Source: Escherichia phage MIZ4
Strand: one strand, 5' to 3'
DNA: 64,000 nt
Sequence record: OR167180
Under the pieces are notes generated by a model, which saw nothing but the letters and a program-made list of their open reading frames with translations, was not told the origin of the DNA and did not search any database. Positions 1-9,396 of this stretch are shown here, in pieces. A program made the translations under genes and the position numbers. The number at the start of each line of letters is the position of its first letter. The first letter of the stretch is position 1.

Positions 1-1215
1 TCCACGGTGATATTTTTCAAGAACTAGCTTTGATTTTTCATTAGTAATCTCTACCAGTTCGTGTTCCAGTTTAGCAAGTTCTTCGGAATTGTCAACCCTT
101 TCTTTTTGTAATTCCTGAATTGCTTTCTGGATCTGTTTAGCCCGACCTACAGATGCCGTTAAATTCGCTCTCTGTGACTCTATAGCGCGTTTAATTTCCA
201 AGACCTTAGTTTGTGCTGTCTGGAAAGAATTGGCCTTCTCTGCGTATTCTACGCGTTTCTCGTCAATCAGAGACAGTTTATGTTCTGCTTGTGCTTTTTG
301 TTCGCGTACAGCTTGATCATTACCCTGAATGATCGGTTGTGTGCACGTAGGACAGACCCCGCCTTTCTCATGCATATGAATAACACGGTCAAAGTTCTGG
401 ATCTGCGCACCAATCTGTGCGATAGCCGTATTAATTTTAGCCAATGCCGCGCTAGGATCTTCCGGCATAACAACAGCCAATAGCTCATCGGTCAAGCGCG
501 TTTCTTCGGCTTTAAATGCTTTAGCCGATTCTACCTCTTTATCATACATATTCTGTAAACGCTGGAGATTCTCGGCACTCGCCTTGCTAGCGTCTTCTAT
601 GTACTTTTTATGAGTGTTGATTTGTTGCTGAACGTGATTAGCTTTCATTTCCTGCATTTGGATATTCTGGGTTATCTCGCGCACATACGCTTTATTCAGT
701 TTATCCATTTCTCCCAATGTGGCAATATCAAGCAAATCCTCGACCAGCTTACGGCGACCCGCTGCCGGAAGACTCATAAACGGAACATAACCAGCAGTGC
801 CTAAAACAACGATCTGTTTAAAGCTGGCTAGGTTCATGCCTATGATACCTTCAAAATATTCCTGAAAGTCTTTGGTGCTTGCGCTCTCGTCGATCTTTTG
901 TCCGTCGCGATGCACTTCGAATACTTCCGGCTTTTGTCCACGTTTAATATAAAATTCTTTCCCGTCCAGTTCAAACCAGACTTCGACTAACAGTTTCTTT
1001 TTGTTGACGCTGTTAATCAATTGGCCTTTCTTGATACTACGAAACGGTTTACCAAACAATACAAAGCAAAGCGCCTCAATCATGGTCGATTTACCAGCAC
1101 CGTTAACACCAGTGATTAGTGTCTTTTTGAATCCGTCTAGCTGAATCTCAACAGGTTCAGCACCCACGCTCATTATATTTTGATAGCGCAAGGTTTTAAA
1201 ATTTAACTTTGCCAT
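1..1215 (-). CDS. 46: Recombination endonuclease subunit gp46 (Rad50/SbcC-like ATPase), N-terminal ~405 aa; C-terminus lies beyond window start
   Basis: Minus-strand translation from ATG at 1213-1215 reads MAKLNFKTLRYQNIMSVGAEPVEIQLDGFKKTLITGVNGAGKSTM with Walker A motif, matching recalled T4 gp46 N-terminus; absent from ORF track because truncated at window edge; downstream of gp47 as in T4. Confidence 0.85.
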   Translation of the reverse strand, partial: MAKLNFKTLRYQNIMSVGAEPVEIQLDGFKKTLITGVNGAGKSTMIEALCFVLFGKPFRSIKKGQLINSVNKKKLLVEVWFELDGKEFYIKRGQKPEVFEVHRDGQKIDESASTKDFQEYFEGIIGMNLASFKQIVVLGTAGYVPFMSLPAAGRRKLVEDLLDIATLGEMDKLNKAYVREITQNIQMQEMKANHVQQQINTHKKYIEDASKASAENLQRLQNMYDKEVESAKAFKAEETRLTDELLAVVMPEDPSAALAKINTAIAQIGAQIQNFDRVIHMHEKGGVCPTCTQPIIQGNDQAVREQKAQAEHKLSLIDEKRVEYAEKANSFQTAQTKVLEIKRAIESQRANLTASVGRAKQIQKAIQELQKERVDNSEELAKLEHELVEITNEKSKLVLEKYHRG

Positions 1216-1459
1216 TAATCCACTCCGCAATCACACATTCCATAATATTAAATGCTAACACATCTTCATCAATGTTGTAAACACTTGCCGCCTTCACTTT
1301 AACTAATGTGTCTCTGCGATCTGGCAACATGATCACATAATCCAGTGTCGCCGGATCATATGTCATAAAGGGATCAACATAAATCCCTTTATTCAATGCC
1401 AGATATTCGCGAAGACCTTCTATAACCCTGTGTCTAAGGTAGGTCATCGATAGAATCAT
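1196..1459 (-). CDS. Hypothetical protein (87 aa) between gp47 and gp46
   Basis: ORF track; same strand and tightly packed with neighbours; overlaps gp46 start by ~20 nt; no recognisable motif. Confidence 0.5.
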   Translation of the reverse strand: MILSMTYLRHRVIEGLREYLALNKGIYVDPFMTYDPATLDYVIMLPDRRDTLVKVKAASVYNIDEDVLAFNIMECVIAEWINGKVKF

Positions 1460-2052
1460 TTTAGTTTATGTTCCTCTAAAAATTCTTCAATTTCACCTTG
1501 CAGGTCTTCCGCTTGTTGTTCCAGAATATCGCGAAATTCACCTACAGTCAAGCGGTAATCACACTTCACTAGTCGATGCGGGAGAATATACCCTTTATAC
1601 ATTGTCTCTGACGCTTCCAGGAATACCCCACTATGCATGACAGAGATCCAACCTGTTAGCGTCAATGGAGTATTCGGAAAATAATACTTGCTGGATTGTT
1701 TCCACTGGACGAAAGCACCATATACAATCGGATTATATTCACCAACCACACTCTTAATAATGGATTCTACTTTGTCTTTTACAAAGTCGCCAATGCCCAT
1801 AGTCACCATCAACTCTTGTGGGTGAATCACTTTAAGGTAACGACGGTAGCCGTCATCATACCACAGCTTAACCACTGGCTGACCCCACATTTTAGCAATA
1901 CGCGCTTTCAGATAACCATAGATCGGATTCTTGTAATATGATTGTTTTAGTGTGTATGCGTGCACCAATTCAATAAAATATTCCATTGCTATCGAATCAG
2001 GATCAGCCGCGACCATAGTCGTATTCATAATATGTTCCTCGTTCAATTTCAT
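1456..2052 (-). CDS. Hypothetical protein (198 aa)
   Basis: ORF track; long ORF in compact minus-strand array; no recognisable motif. Confidence 0.55.
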   Translation of the reverse strand: MKLNEEHIMNTTMVAADPDSIAMEYFIELVHAYTLKQSYYKNPIYGYLKARIAKMWGQPVVKLWYDDGYRRYLKVIHPQELMVTMGIGDFVKDKVESIIKSVVGEYNPIVYGAFVQWKQSSKYYFPNTPLTLTGWISVMHSGVFLEASETMYKGYILPHRLVKCDYRLTVGEFRDILEQQAEDLQGEIEEFLEEHKLK

Positions 2053-2320
2053 ATTGTTTCAGGTCTTCTAAAAGTTCATCCACTGCTTGTTTCAGTGTAT
2101 GACGCAGCGTAAAGTAATAGCTTTCATCAAATTCTATTTCCGCGCGAGGAATAGAGCGAATCTTACACTTAACAGTAGTATCGGTGAGTCGCTTTTCGAC
2201 CATCATCCGAACTTCTTCATGCTCTTTGGAATACCATACATCAACGGAGATTCCCTTACGGCGAGCGAACATAGGCAACGCTGCATTAAATTCCATTACT
2301 TTTTGTGCAAGTGTTTTCAT
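2003..2320 (-). CDS. Hypothetical protein (105 aa)
   Basis: ORF track; overlaps downstream ORF by 50 nt so true start may be internal. Confidence 0.45.
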   Translation of the reverse strand: MKTLAQKVMEFNAALPMFARRKGISVDVWYSKEHEEVRMMVEKRLTDTTVKCKIRSIPRAEIEFDESYYFTLRHTLKQAVDELLEDLKQYEIERGTYYEYDYGRG

Positions 2321-2580
2321 CGTACAGACTCCATAGATCCACGGGCAATTACATTCTGGGTAATATCAGCAATCTTACGGGATACGATATTTGTTAGCCC
2401 CTCTTTGGTGATATTTTCACGATCAAATGGGATTTCGTCATGAGTCCATAAACCATAGTTAGACCGAAATGATAGCATATACTGACCATCTCGCACAACC
2501 TCAAATACATGGATCTTAGTGAATTTCGATAAACCTTCGTTGATTTCTTTCAGTGCATTAGTAATCATAACAACCTCCAA
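2317..2580 (-). CDS. Hypothetical protein (87 aa)
   Basis: ORF track; ATGA-type overlap with next gene; preceded by promoter-like cassette at ~2595-2625. Confidence 0.5.
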   Translation of the reverse strand: MEVVMITNALKEINEGLSKFTKIHVFEVVRDGQYMLSFRSNYGLWTHDEIPFDRENITKEGLTNIVSRKIADITQNVIARGSMESVR

Positions 2581-2622
2581 TCAATTTTTATAGAGTATAA
2601 CGGGGATTTCTCCCCGCGTCAA

Positions 2623-3657
2623 CTAACTTTTTGCGCTATTTACTTCGGCTAAAAGTTCATCAGAAATACGCTTGACCGCCGCAAGTTCTTCCGGTTCTAG
2701 GTTTTGTTCTTCCAGATATTCATAGACCATCTGAATAGTGCTTTTAACTTCAATAACACCTGTTTCCTGTGATGCGCTACTCTCCAGCTTATGGACCACT
2801 TTTAGCTTGTGTACAACGGCCTCTAACGCGCTTTCTAACTTAGTTAACCCATTATCAGCGACCGTTGCGATAAGACGCACACTAAGCCCCTTAAAGCGTT
2901 CTACATCGATTTTATCATCTGACGGGTAAGTGATACGCACATGATAAGTTTTGTCATTCTGGATAAACTCTTTTTTGTGTGTATCGGTATCGAATACCCA
3001 AAACCCACGCGGATCGTTTTCGTCACCCGCCGTTAGTGTGTATGGTGTACCTATATACGTTACGTTACCGCCATCACTGATAGTATGAAAGTGACCCGAA
3101 AACACTTCACGGTATTTCTTTAGGAAGTCCGCGCTATAACCTTCGGATTTTAGCCCTTTATAGAAATAGTAACCGGACAATTCCCAATGGCCTACACAAT
3201 ATTCGCTGAATGAGTTTTGAATAAACTCTAAAATCTCTGATTTATTGTCATCACAAAACCACGGGAACAGATCAAATGATACACCATCAAAGGTGACTGT
3301 TTCCGGCTTATCAATAACCTTAATGCAATCATACTGGCTTAACACTTCACGCGGTGCGTTAGGCTGGATCTTGTTTCGTTTAAACATATCATGATTCCCA
3401 ACCGTGATATAACAAGTAATACCAGCCTCTTCCAGTAGCGGGATGATTTTCGTTCTATTAAAACGCATAGTTGCATGTGTGATTGCTTTTCGGCAATCAA
3501 ACCAGTCCCCTGTCTGAATCCATGCCTTAATATTATGTTTTTTTGAATAATCGACTGCCTTTTTAATAGTATCAAGAATATACTCATGTATCCACGGATC
3601 ATCGTTGCCGATACCAGTATGCAGATCACCCAAAAGCAAAATTTTCATATTATACAT
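2623..3657 (-). CDS. 47: Recombination endonuclease subunit gp47 (Mre11/SbcD-like phosphoesterase)
   Basis: MKILLLGDLHTG...IQTGDWFD...GNHD calcineurin-like phosphoesterase motifs; N-terminus aligns with recalled T4 gp47; true start may be the internal Met at ~3648. Confidence 0.9.
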   Translation of the reverse strand: MYNMKILLLGDLHTGIGNDDPWIHEYILDTIKKAVDYSKKHNIKAWIQTGDWFDCRKAITHATMRFNRTKIIPLLEEAGITCYITVGNHDMFKRNKIQPNAPREVLSQYDCIKVIDKPETVTFDGVSFDLFPWFCDDNKSEILEFIQNSFSEYCVGHWELSGYYFYKGLKSEGYSADFLKKYREVFSGHFHTISDGGNVTYIGTPYTLTAGDENDPRGFWVFDTDTHKKEFIQNDKTYHVRITYPSDDKIDVERFKGLSVRLIATVADNGLTKLESALEAVVHKLKVVHKLESSASQETGVIEVKSTIQMVYEYLEEQNLEPEELAAVKRISDELLAEVNSAKS

Positions 3658-3663
3658 AATCTC

Positions 3664-4218
3664 CTAAAAATTTTTAACACCATATTCACCAAAATAAAGA
3701 TCAACCGCTTTGTCATAAGCTCTGGCCGCATCTTCTTCGTTGACATAATACCCAAGAGATATTAGTTTATCATTATTTCGTATTCTTGCAACCCATTTCT
3801 TCGTATGTTTATGCCAGCTAACCCCTTTATACTTGCTTGCTTTATTCTTGTACTTTCCAACGTTACAAGCATTTTTCTTTGCGTCGGACTCTCTAAGATT
3901 GCGTGGTGCGTTGTTTAAAGGATTTCGGTCTATATGATCTATAATTTCTGGTTGTGTTCCATGCTCAAGAAACCATACAATACGATGTACATATGGCTTT
4001 AAAACCCTCCCATTATCCATAACAATTGCAATTTGGAGATGATCCTGACTTTTAAAAGTTTTTACTTTATCTCCTGCCTTATAAAACTTTCCTTCGTAAT
4101 TCTTTCCTCCGGCTCGGCTATTCTTTAAATGATAAAGAATACCATCGTCGTCATGTCTATATCTTTCTCGTATAATTCGTTGCGTTTCTTCATCCCACAA
4201 TTTGGAACGTCTACTCAT
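3664..4218 (-). CDS. HNH homing endonuclease with C-terminal AP2-type DNA-binding domain
   Basis: HNH motif IDHIDRNPLNN followed by AP2-like YKGVSWHKHTKKWVARIRNNDKLISLGYYVNEEDAARAYD; SD GAGGAAG upstream; sits where T4 carries alpha-gt. Confidence 0.75.
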   Translation of the reverse strand: MSRRSKLWDEETQRIIRERYRHDDDGILYHLKNSRAGGKNYEGKFYKAGDKVKTFKSQDHLQIAIVMDNGRVLKPYVHRIVWFLEHGTQPEIIDHIDRNPLNNAPRNLRESDAKKNACNVGKYKNKASKYKGVSWHKHTKKWVARIRNNDKLISLGYYVNEEDAARAYDKAVDLYFGEYGVKNF

Positions 4219-4308
4219 AGTCTCTTCCTCTCTTCGTTTTCGATGCTCTCACTATATCACAGAAAAATAAAAAGGGAAACCCCTTTCAGAGTCTCCCTTA
4301 TAAAGCCA

Positions 4309-4596
4309 TTACAGCATACTTAATACCGTTTGCCGTGTACTAATCCACATAGCAGAAAGCAGTTCTGGTGTGTGTGGCTGTTTGTAGATATCACGTAATT
4401 TTCCGATAGCGTAGATATACGCATCACGATTATCATCGATGATAGCTTGCTCAGCCCACCGCTTAAGTCGTGCAATCTCTCGCGAGTTCTTACGCAAGAT
4501 CTTTTCCGCTTTCTTAGCGGCTTTAGCCTCTAGTTCTGCTTGTACTTTGTCTACTTCATTCACTGCAATCTTGTCATGCTGTTCATTGCAAGTCAT
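4309..4596 (-). CDS. Hypothetical protein (95 aa), charged/coiled-coil
   Basis: ORF track; minus-strand array; no motif. Confidence 0.5.
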   Translation of the reverse strand: MTCNEQHDKIAVNEVDKVQAELEAKAAKKAEKILRKNSREIARLKRWAEQAIIDDNRDAYIYAIGKLRDIYKQPHTPELLSAMWISTRQTVLSML

Positions 4597-4597
4597 A

Positions 4598-4831
4598 TTA
4601 TTTTACCTCTGGGATATAATCAATTATTAAAGAAAATTCATCTTCTGATACATTATAGCTATGTGAGATTGTACCCGTCAAGACCTCAAGATCCGGTGAT
4701 TTGATATTGCACGGATCGATAATCACCGGAACGCCGCAATCTCTCAAAAATAATTTGGCGAAATACGGCACAAGGTCAGTTTCAAACTCTGCTTCTTCCA
4801 GCAAACGGGAAATGTTAATTTTCAATCTCAT
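4598..4831 (-). CDS. Hypothetical protein (77 aa)
   Basis: ORF track; abuts neighbours on same strand. Confidence 0.45.
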   Translation of the reverse strand: MRLKINISRLLEEAEFETDLVPYFAKLFLRDCGVPVIIDPCNIKSPDLEVLTGTISHSYNVSEDEFSLIIDYIPEVK

Positions 4832-5348
4832 AAAATTGGTCCAGGCTAGGCAATTCCTCGGTCAATACATCTTCAACCTTTGGCGCTTTCGGTTTATTGA
4901 CCGATTCCTCGTAGTTGTTGATTTTATCGTAAATGTCCTGTATGAATGCCTCATCAGCAATCTGGCACATATCAGCGTCGCGTTCGTCATATACATGATG
5001 CACAAAATATTTGTATTTTGCGGCTGTCGCTGTTCTTTCTTTTTTAATGCGCTGCACAAAAGCATTAAAGCACGCTTGCGTGATGTAAGCATGAGGATTT
5101 TTATACTTTGTCTCGTCAAAATTAATCAAACCCTTGACCGCCGCTTCGATTCCATCGTCGATCATTTCTTCGCGCCATGTTTGACTATAGCCAGAAAAGT
5201 TAAAACGCCGTGATAGATTTTTAGAGATTTGCATAATTGCCAGGCCGATTTGGTCACTCATTGGCACTTGCCGACCTTCTGCTGCAATTCGTTGTTTCCA
5301 ACGGCAAATTTCTTCGTAAAGCTCTTTATTGTTTACATAATCAGACAC
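4815..5348 (-). CDS. 55: Late-transcription sigma factor gp55
   Basis: Central region [57 protein letters not shown] is nearly identical to recalled T4 gp55. Confidence 0.93.
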   Translation of the reverse strand: MSDYVNNKELYEEICRWKQRIAAEGRQVPMSDQIGLAIMQISKNLSRRFNFSGYSQTWREEMIDDGIEAAVKGLINFDETKYKNPHAYITQACFNAFVQRIKKERTATAAKYKYFVHHVYDERDADMCQIADEAFIQDIYDKINNYEESVNKPKAPKVEDVLTEELPSLDQFYEIEN

Positions 5349-5388
5349 TTCGCACCCTCGCTATTATTTAGGAAATAACCCTTTCGGG

Positions 5389-6858
5389 CTATTCCCCATT
5401 ACCATTATACTTTCTTTGCTTAGTTATCCACACTCTAACCATCTCTACTGATTCACCGTCAGAGGGATCAAGAGTTTTTCCTTTTTTCTTCATGCGGTAC
5501 TTAAATCCGTTAAATCTTGCATTCTCTTGCTCGTTAAAGTCGAACATCTTTTTAAATGATTTTCTCCCTTTACGCTCACCGCATTCTAGCGGAATCATTC
5601 GGTCTGTTATTACATTGGCATTAGGTAGAAACGTTTTTAGATAATCTACCAACGCCCAATCAGGAACATATAGATTAACATTCTCCTTGCTCTCGTTGTC
5701 TCTCAGGTTACAACGCAAACATAATTGAAATGCTGGTTCCAGATAATCAGACACATGACGCGCTTTCAAAAACTCATTTGTCGGGAGATCACAACTATTA
5801 GCAAGACCTTTTAAAATATCAATCTCCCATCGTTGAGGGTTAAAGCTGAACATCACAGCAACATTTTTATGATGAATGTAAGAGTTAAGACCATAAGATC
5901 CGTAAGGTATCCGCTCACCAATACCATTTGTACACGCTTCACGGTCCCGATTCACGGTATAAATGAAGTCATCACCACATTCATTTTTAACCATATCAAC
6001 CAGACGTTCAAAGGTATTGTTTGTTTCTGACTGGTGACGCGACCATCGTTCGGAGTCCGTCATAAGGATGATGTTAACTCTATCTGTATTTTTATACTCT
6101 TTGAAATATAGTCTGGATTCTAGCGCACTCGGAACAAAATCGCAATTTGCATAGTATCGTAGATACTTCCCACTATATGTATCAAAGAGATTTGCACATG
6201 CTATCGTAACCTTTTTAAAGTCTCCCCACGTACCGTGTTTGTTATCGTTCAAGAAAACAATTTTCGACCCATTCTTCCGGTGGCCTTCGTTATGTTTTAC
6301 CATAACGTTGATTTTCTTCTCTAATAACGCCTCATAAAGCCCTCTAAGAGAAGAATCGATCATATCAGTACCATCCTTTGCACTTTCTATCTTTTCTTTG
6401 ATAGCGGCCTTCTCAGAGTCTTTTAGAACTAAGTTCTGTAGGCATTCCGATTCGTCGGCGATTGGTTCGCAATGCTTCGTGATAAGTTCAAGATTAGACT
6501 TAAACGGATACTCATTAAATTCAACCAGTTGAGGAACTTCATCAATGTAAAGAGCATAATCACCAAACATTTTTGAACGTTCCATATTAGATAACGCTGT
6601 ATGTGTAATGAATATCACATCAGCACCATCTTTAACTGATTGCATTATCGACGCTTGCACTGTCTTAAGGCTTCTTAGTCTTGTGCTATCAATCAAGACA
6701 GCACGACCGCCCATTCTTTTAAACTTATTGTAAGATTGTTCACTTAAAACACGAGATGGCGAAGCAATAACCGCTTTTTCTTTTGTCTCTAGGACGTGGG
6801 AAAGTATAGCATCAGTTTTCCCCGCCGCTGGCAATGCGATTAATGTTTCAATCTTCAT
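5389..6858 (-). CDS. P-loop NTPase of unknown function (489 aa)
   Basis: N-terminal Walker A-like ALPAAGKT and Walker B-like ALYIDEV; remainder Cys-containing with no recognised fold; not resembling T4 alpha-gt. Confidence 0.6.
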   Translation of the reverse strand: MKIETLIALPAAGKTDAILSHVLETKEKAVIASPSRVLSEQSYNKFKRMGGRAVLIDSTRLRSLKTVQASIMQSVKDGADVIFITHTALSNMERSKMFGDYALYIDEVPQLVEFNEYPFKSNLELITKHCEPIADESECLQNLVLKDSEKAAIKEKIESAKDGTDMIDSSLRGLYEALLEKKINVMVKHNEGHRKNGSKIVFLNDNKHGTWGDFKKVTIACANLFDTYSGKYLRYYANCDFVPSALESRLYFKEYKNTDRVNIILMTDSERWSRHQSETNNTFERLVDMVKNECGDDFIYTVNRDREACTNGIGERIPYGSYGLNSYIHHKNVAVMFSFNPQRWEIDILKGLANSCDLPTNEFLKARHVSDYLEPAFQLCLRCNLRDNESKENVNLYVPDWALVDYLKTFLPNANVITDRMIPLECGERKGRKSFKKMFDFNEQENARFNGFKYRMKKKGKTLDPSDGESVEMVRVWITKQRKYNGNGE

Positions 6859-7163
6859 TAGAAACCCTTACGTCGTGCTTTCTGGCATTTCTTGATCATT
6901 TTATCAGAAATTTCGCGCTTAGGTGCAATCTCTTTCACACCGAAAGCACTAATGCCAAATTCAGAGAGAATATATTCAACTAACAATTCACGCACACGCG
7001 CTTTACCGATATTCACGCCGTTATTTTTCAGATATGTCTGGCCTTCGACTTGCATCAGATCTAAATCAGCGTCGGTAATATTGATTTCTTCCATGCGCCC
7101 AAATCGAGAATAAACCATGTGTGCGATTGCATTGTGTACTAACATAATATATTCCTCACTCAA
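6858..7163 (-). CDS. Hypothetical protein (101 aa)
   Basis: ORF track; stop/start overlap with downstream P-loop gene. Confidence 0.5.
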   Translation of the reverse strand: MSEEYIMLVHNAIAHMVYSRFGRMEEINITDADLDLMQVEGQTYLKNNGVNIGKARVRELLVEYILSEFGISAFGVKEIAPKREISDKMIKKCQKARRKGF

Positions 7164-7164
7164 G

Positions 7165-7326
7165 AATTACTTAATGATACTTACTTTACCAGATCCATGA
7201 CAATGAGCGCAACACCCATCACCACGCAATCCTGTTCCGTTACAGTGTTTACACTTCTTCAACGGTAAAGCCATTATAGCAAATAAAGCAATAATGAACA
7301 CCGAAACTAAATTCTCAATAATCATA
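7165..7326 (-). CDS. Putative small membrane-anchored zinc-finger protein (~54 aa), not in ORF track
   Basis: Manual translation MIIENLVSVFIIALFAIMALPLKKCKHCNGTGLRGDGCCAHCHGSGKVSIIK: hydrophobic N-terminus then two CxxCxGxG repeats like a DnaJ-type zinc finger; start overlaps stop of upstream gene; coordinates approximate. Confidence 0.3.
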
Positions 7327-7584
7327 AATCTCCCTCAGTTCTTTATAGCCTCCAATGTGCTCGTTGTCAATGAATATCTGGGGGTATACAAATCGGAGGC
7401 TCTTTGAGTTCAGCCTCCCCGCCAGTTCTTCAATCATATCACGGTCGGGAATAATGTCAACCCCAACCTGCTTGAATACTGGTTTAAGTGTATACGGAAT
7501 ACCCAGATCATCCAGTAGCTTCATTGCACTAATACAACCATAACAATGATAAGCCTCTTTCGGTATGCCGTATATCTCGATCAT
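7315..7584 (-). CDS. nrdH: Glutaredoxin-like protein (NrdH-like redoxin)
   Basis: CxxC motif HCYGC near N-terminus, YPQIF and IGGYKEL motifs typical of glutaredoxin fold; positioned near nrdG/nrdD as in T4. Confidence 0.6.
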   Translation of the reverse strand: MIEIYGIPKEAYHCYGCISAMKLLDDLGIPYTLKPVFKQVGVDIIPDRDMIEELAGRLNSKSLRFVYPQIFIDNEHIGGYKELREIYDY

Positions 7585-8102
7585 TTCTCAGCCTTTAATC
7601 TTTCTAGTTCTTCTTCCAGTTCCTTGATCCGTTGGTCACGTTCAAAGTCACGCTGCAACTTAGTGGCGAATACTCGTTTAAACTGATTGTAATCATCGAT
7701 TTTAAACACTTCTTCTTCGCCATAGCGACGCACAGAAACTTCGTAGTTGTTGAAAAATTGTTCCAACATTGCATCAGTAGTCAGTTCTGACGACACCACT
7801 TTAAAATAACGTTCTTCGGATTGCAAAAACCAGTTGTGCGCGTATTCCCGTACATCATCAACATCTCGACAGGTGTATGTTTTTCCATCAATTTCAATCG
7901 CAGAAACATATTCGATATCTGATGCAATTTTTTCAAAAGCGATAACTTTAAATGTACGGTCACCGATAAAGTCTGCTATTGCATCATTTGCAACACTGGT
8001 TGCAAAGGCTTTCCGCGCTCGCTCGTTTTTCCACTGATAGGTCATACCAACAACAAACATATTACCATCAACAAACATATTACCATCCTCGCTCTTTACC
8101 AA
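7581..8102 (-). CDS. Hypothetical protein, member of paralogous family A/B with C-terminal coiled coil
   Basis: Shares VGMTY.WK, IEIDGKTYT and ERYFKVV blocks with the ORFs at 8080-9922 and 14285-16374; C-terminal RIKELEEELERLKAEK coiled coil. Confidence 0.55.
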   Translation of the reverse strand: MVKSEDGNMFVDGNMFVVGMTYQWKNERARKAFATSVANDAIADFIGDRTFKVIAFEKIASDIEYVSAIEIDGKTYTCRDVDDVREYAHNWFLQSEERYFKVVSSELTTDAMLEQFFNNYEVSVRRYGEEEVFKIDDYNQFKRVFATKLQRDFERDQRIKELEEELERLKAEK

Positions 8103-8904
8103 TCAAAAATTCAACTTCACGACGTTTAATGTCTTCTTGAAGGTCTTTAATCTTCTGGCGATCTTGCATTATTTCGTCCATCTTGTCAAGTGCTGCGATG
8201 AAATCATCGAAACGTTCAAAGGTTTTACCTTCATTTGCTTCGCCAAATTTAACCATTGTCAGGCCGTAACGACTACTAAACAGACGTTTCAACTGTCCAA
8301 CGATTTTAGAATCAGTGGTTATAACTTCCAATTCTTCTACTTCACGAAAGAATTTTCTATCAGAATCAATAAACCAGCTAGTTCCTTTATGGTTGCTATC
8401 TTCGGTTGCACTCATTAGAGTATGGTCTTTACCATCAATTTCAATTACATCAATTTGCCCACATGGACGAACATTTTTAACAGTAAAAGGTCTATAATTT
8501 ATTGCTCGTGCAATAACATAATTAAGATTAGATACGTTTTCAGCATAATGGCAGAAGTCGGTCATAGCATTCACGTCTTTCCAAGTATAAGTTTTACCAA
8601 CTTCCCATTTCTGGGGAACTTCTTCAACTTCACGAAAGAATTTTCTATCGAATGGACTAAAGAAATATGTTGCAGTCCAAATGTCTTTTCCTGTAGCAGT
8701 TTTCGCCGTATGATAAACACCGTCTAGCTCTATTGCATTAATCCAACCGTTGCCATCGATCTCGATGATGGTAAATGGCTTGTCACCAATAGCTGCACTA
8801 ATATCGCTGTTAAGTGGAGAAAGAACACCTTCTCCGTTAGTAATAAACTCAGTTTTAGCGTTTACATCTTTCCAAGTGTAAGTTTTACCAATTTCCCATT
8901 TCAT
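8080..8904 (-). CDS. Hypothetical protein with two tandem copies of the family A domain
   Basis: Internal duplication: MKWEIGKTYTWKDVNA...FDRKFFREVEE and KWEVGKTYTWKDVNA...DRKFFREVEE; C-terminal coiled coil. Confidence 0.6.
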   Translation of the reverse strand: MKWEIGKTYTWKDVNAKTEFITNGEGVLSPLNSDISAAIGDKPFTIIEIDGNGWINAIELDGVYHTAKTATGKDIWTATYFFSPFDRKFFREVEEVPQKWEVGKTYTWKDVNAMTDFCHYAENVSNLNYVIARAINYRPFTVKNVRPCGQIDVIEIDGKDHTLMSATEDSNHKGTSWFIDSDRKFFREVEELEVITTDSKIVGQLKRLFSSRYGLTMVKFGEANEGKTFERFDDFIAALDKMDEIMQDRQKIKDLQEDIKRREVEFLIGKERGW

Positions 8905-8916
8905 AATATATTCCCC

Positions 8917-9396
8917 TTAACCGATTTTATCAAGTTCGTTTAATGCTTTCTCAGCTTCCTGTATAGCTTGCACCCTTTCCGGCATTTTGTCAAGAAAATC
9001 TTTCAACTCTTCAAAACTGGAGATATGACGCAAGGCATTAGCACCGATAGCCGCATGTGATTTGCATTCAAAGCGAATTTTATAATTATCCATAGCCAAT
9101 TTGAGAAGATCAATTAATTTAGATTCTTCTGGAATAATAATTTCTTCAAATCTGCTACGGTCATGATCCAGAAACCAACAAGATAGACCTACATCGGTTG
9201 AACTCATATAAGTTCCATCATGAAGATAAACAGACCGCACGTATCCTTTTTTCGCATCAACCGACGCAACTTTAAACGGTAATCGCAGATATTTCAAATA
9301 ATCAACATCATACCATTTAAAAAATTGATTTGCATCTTTTACATCTTTCCACGCATAGGTCTTACCAGCTTCCCATTTCATAATATCATCTCTCAT
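8917..9396 (-). CDS. Hypothetical protein, family A paralog
   Basis: N-terminus MKWEAGKTYAWKDV; C-terminal coiled coil LKDFLDKMPERVQAIQEAEKALNELDKIG. Confidence 0.6.
   Translation of the reverse strand: MRDDIMKWEAGKTYAWKDVKDANQFFKWYDVDYLKYLRLPFKVASVDAKKGYVRSVYLHDGTYMSSTDVGLSCWFLDHDRSRFEEIIIPEESKLIDLLKLAMDNYKIRFECKSHAAIGANALRHISSFEELKDFLDKMPERVQAIQEAEKALNELDKIG

Noticed and set aside
211-804. Track ORFs 211-483 (+), 267-488 (-) and 610-804 (+) inside the gp46 region
   Set aside because: They lie within or antisense to the gp46 reading frame, which has a strong homology signal; judged to be shadow ORFs. The same applies to many short antisense track ORFs inside nrdD, gp5, gp6, gp7, gp10 and wac.
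5389-6858. 489-aa ORF as the T4 alpha-glucosyltransferase, by position near gene 47/55
   Set aside because: N-terminal P-loop and Walker B motifs and the absence of resemblance to the recalled alpha-gt sequence argue against a glycosyltransferase; left as an unknown P-loop protein.
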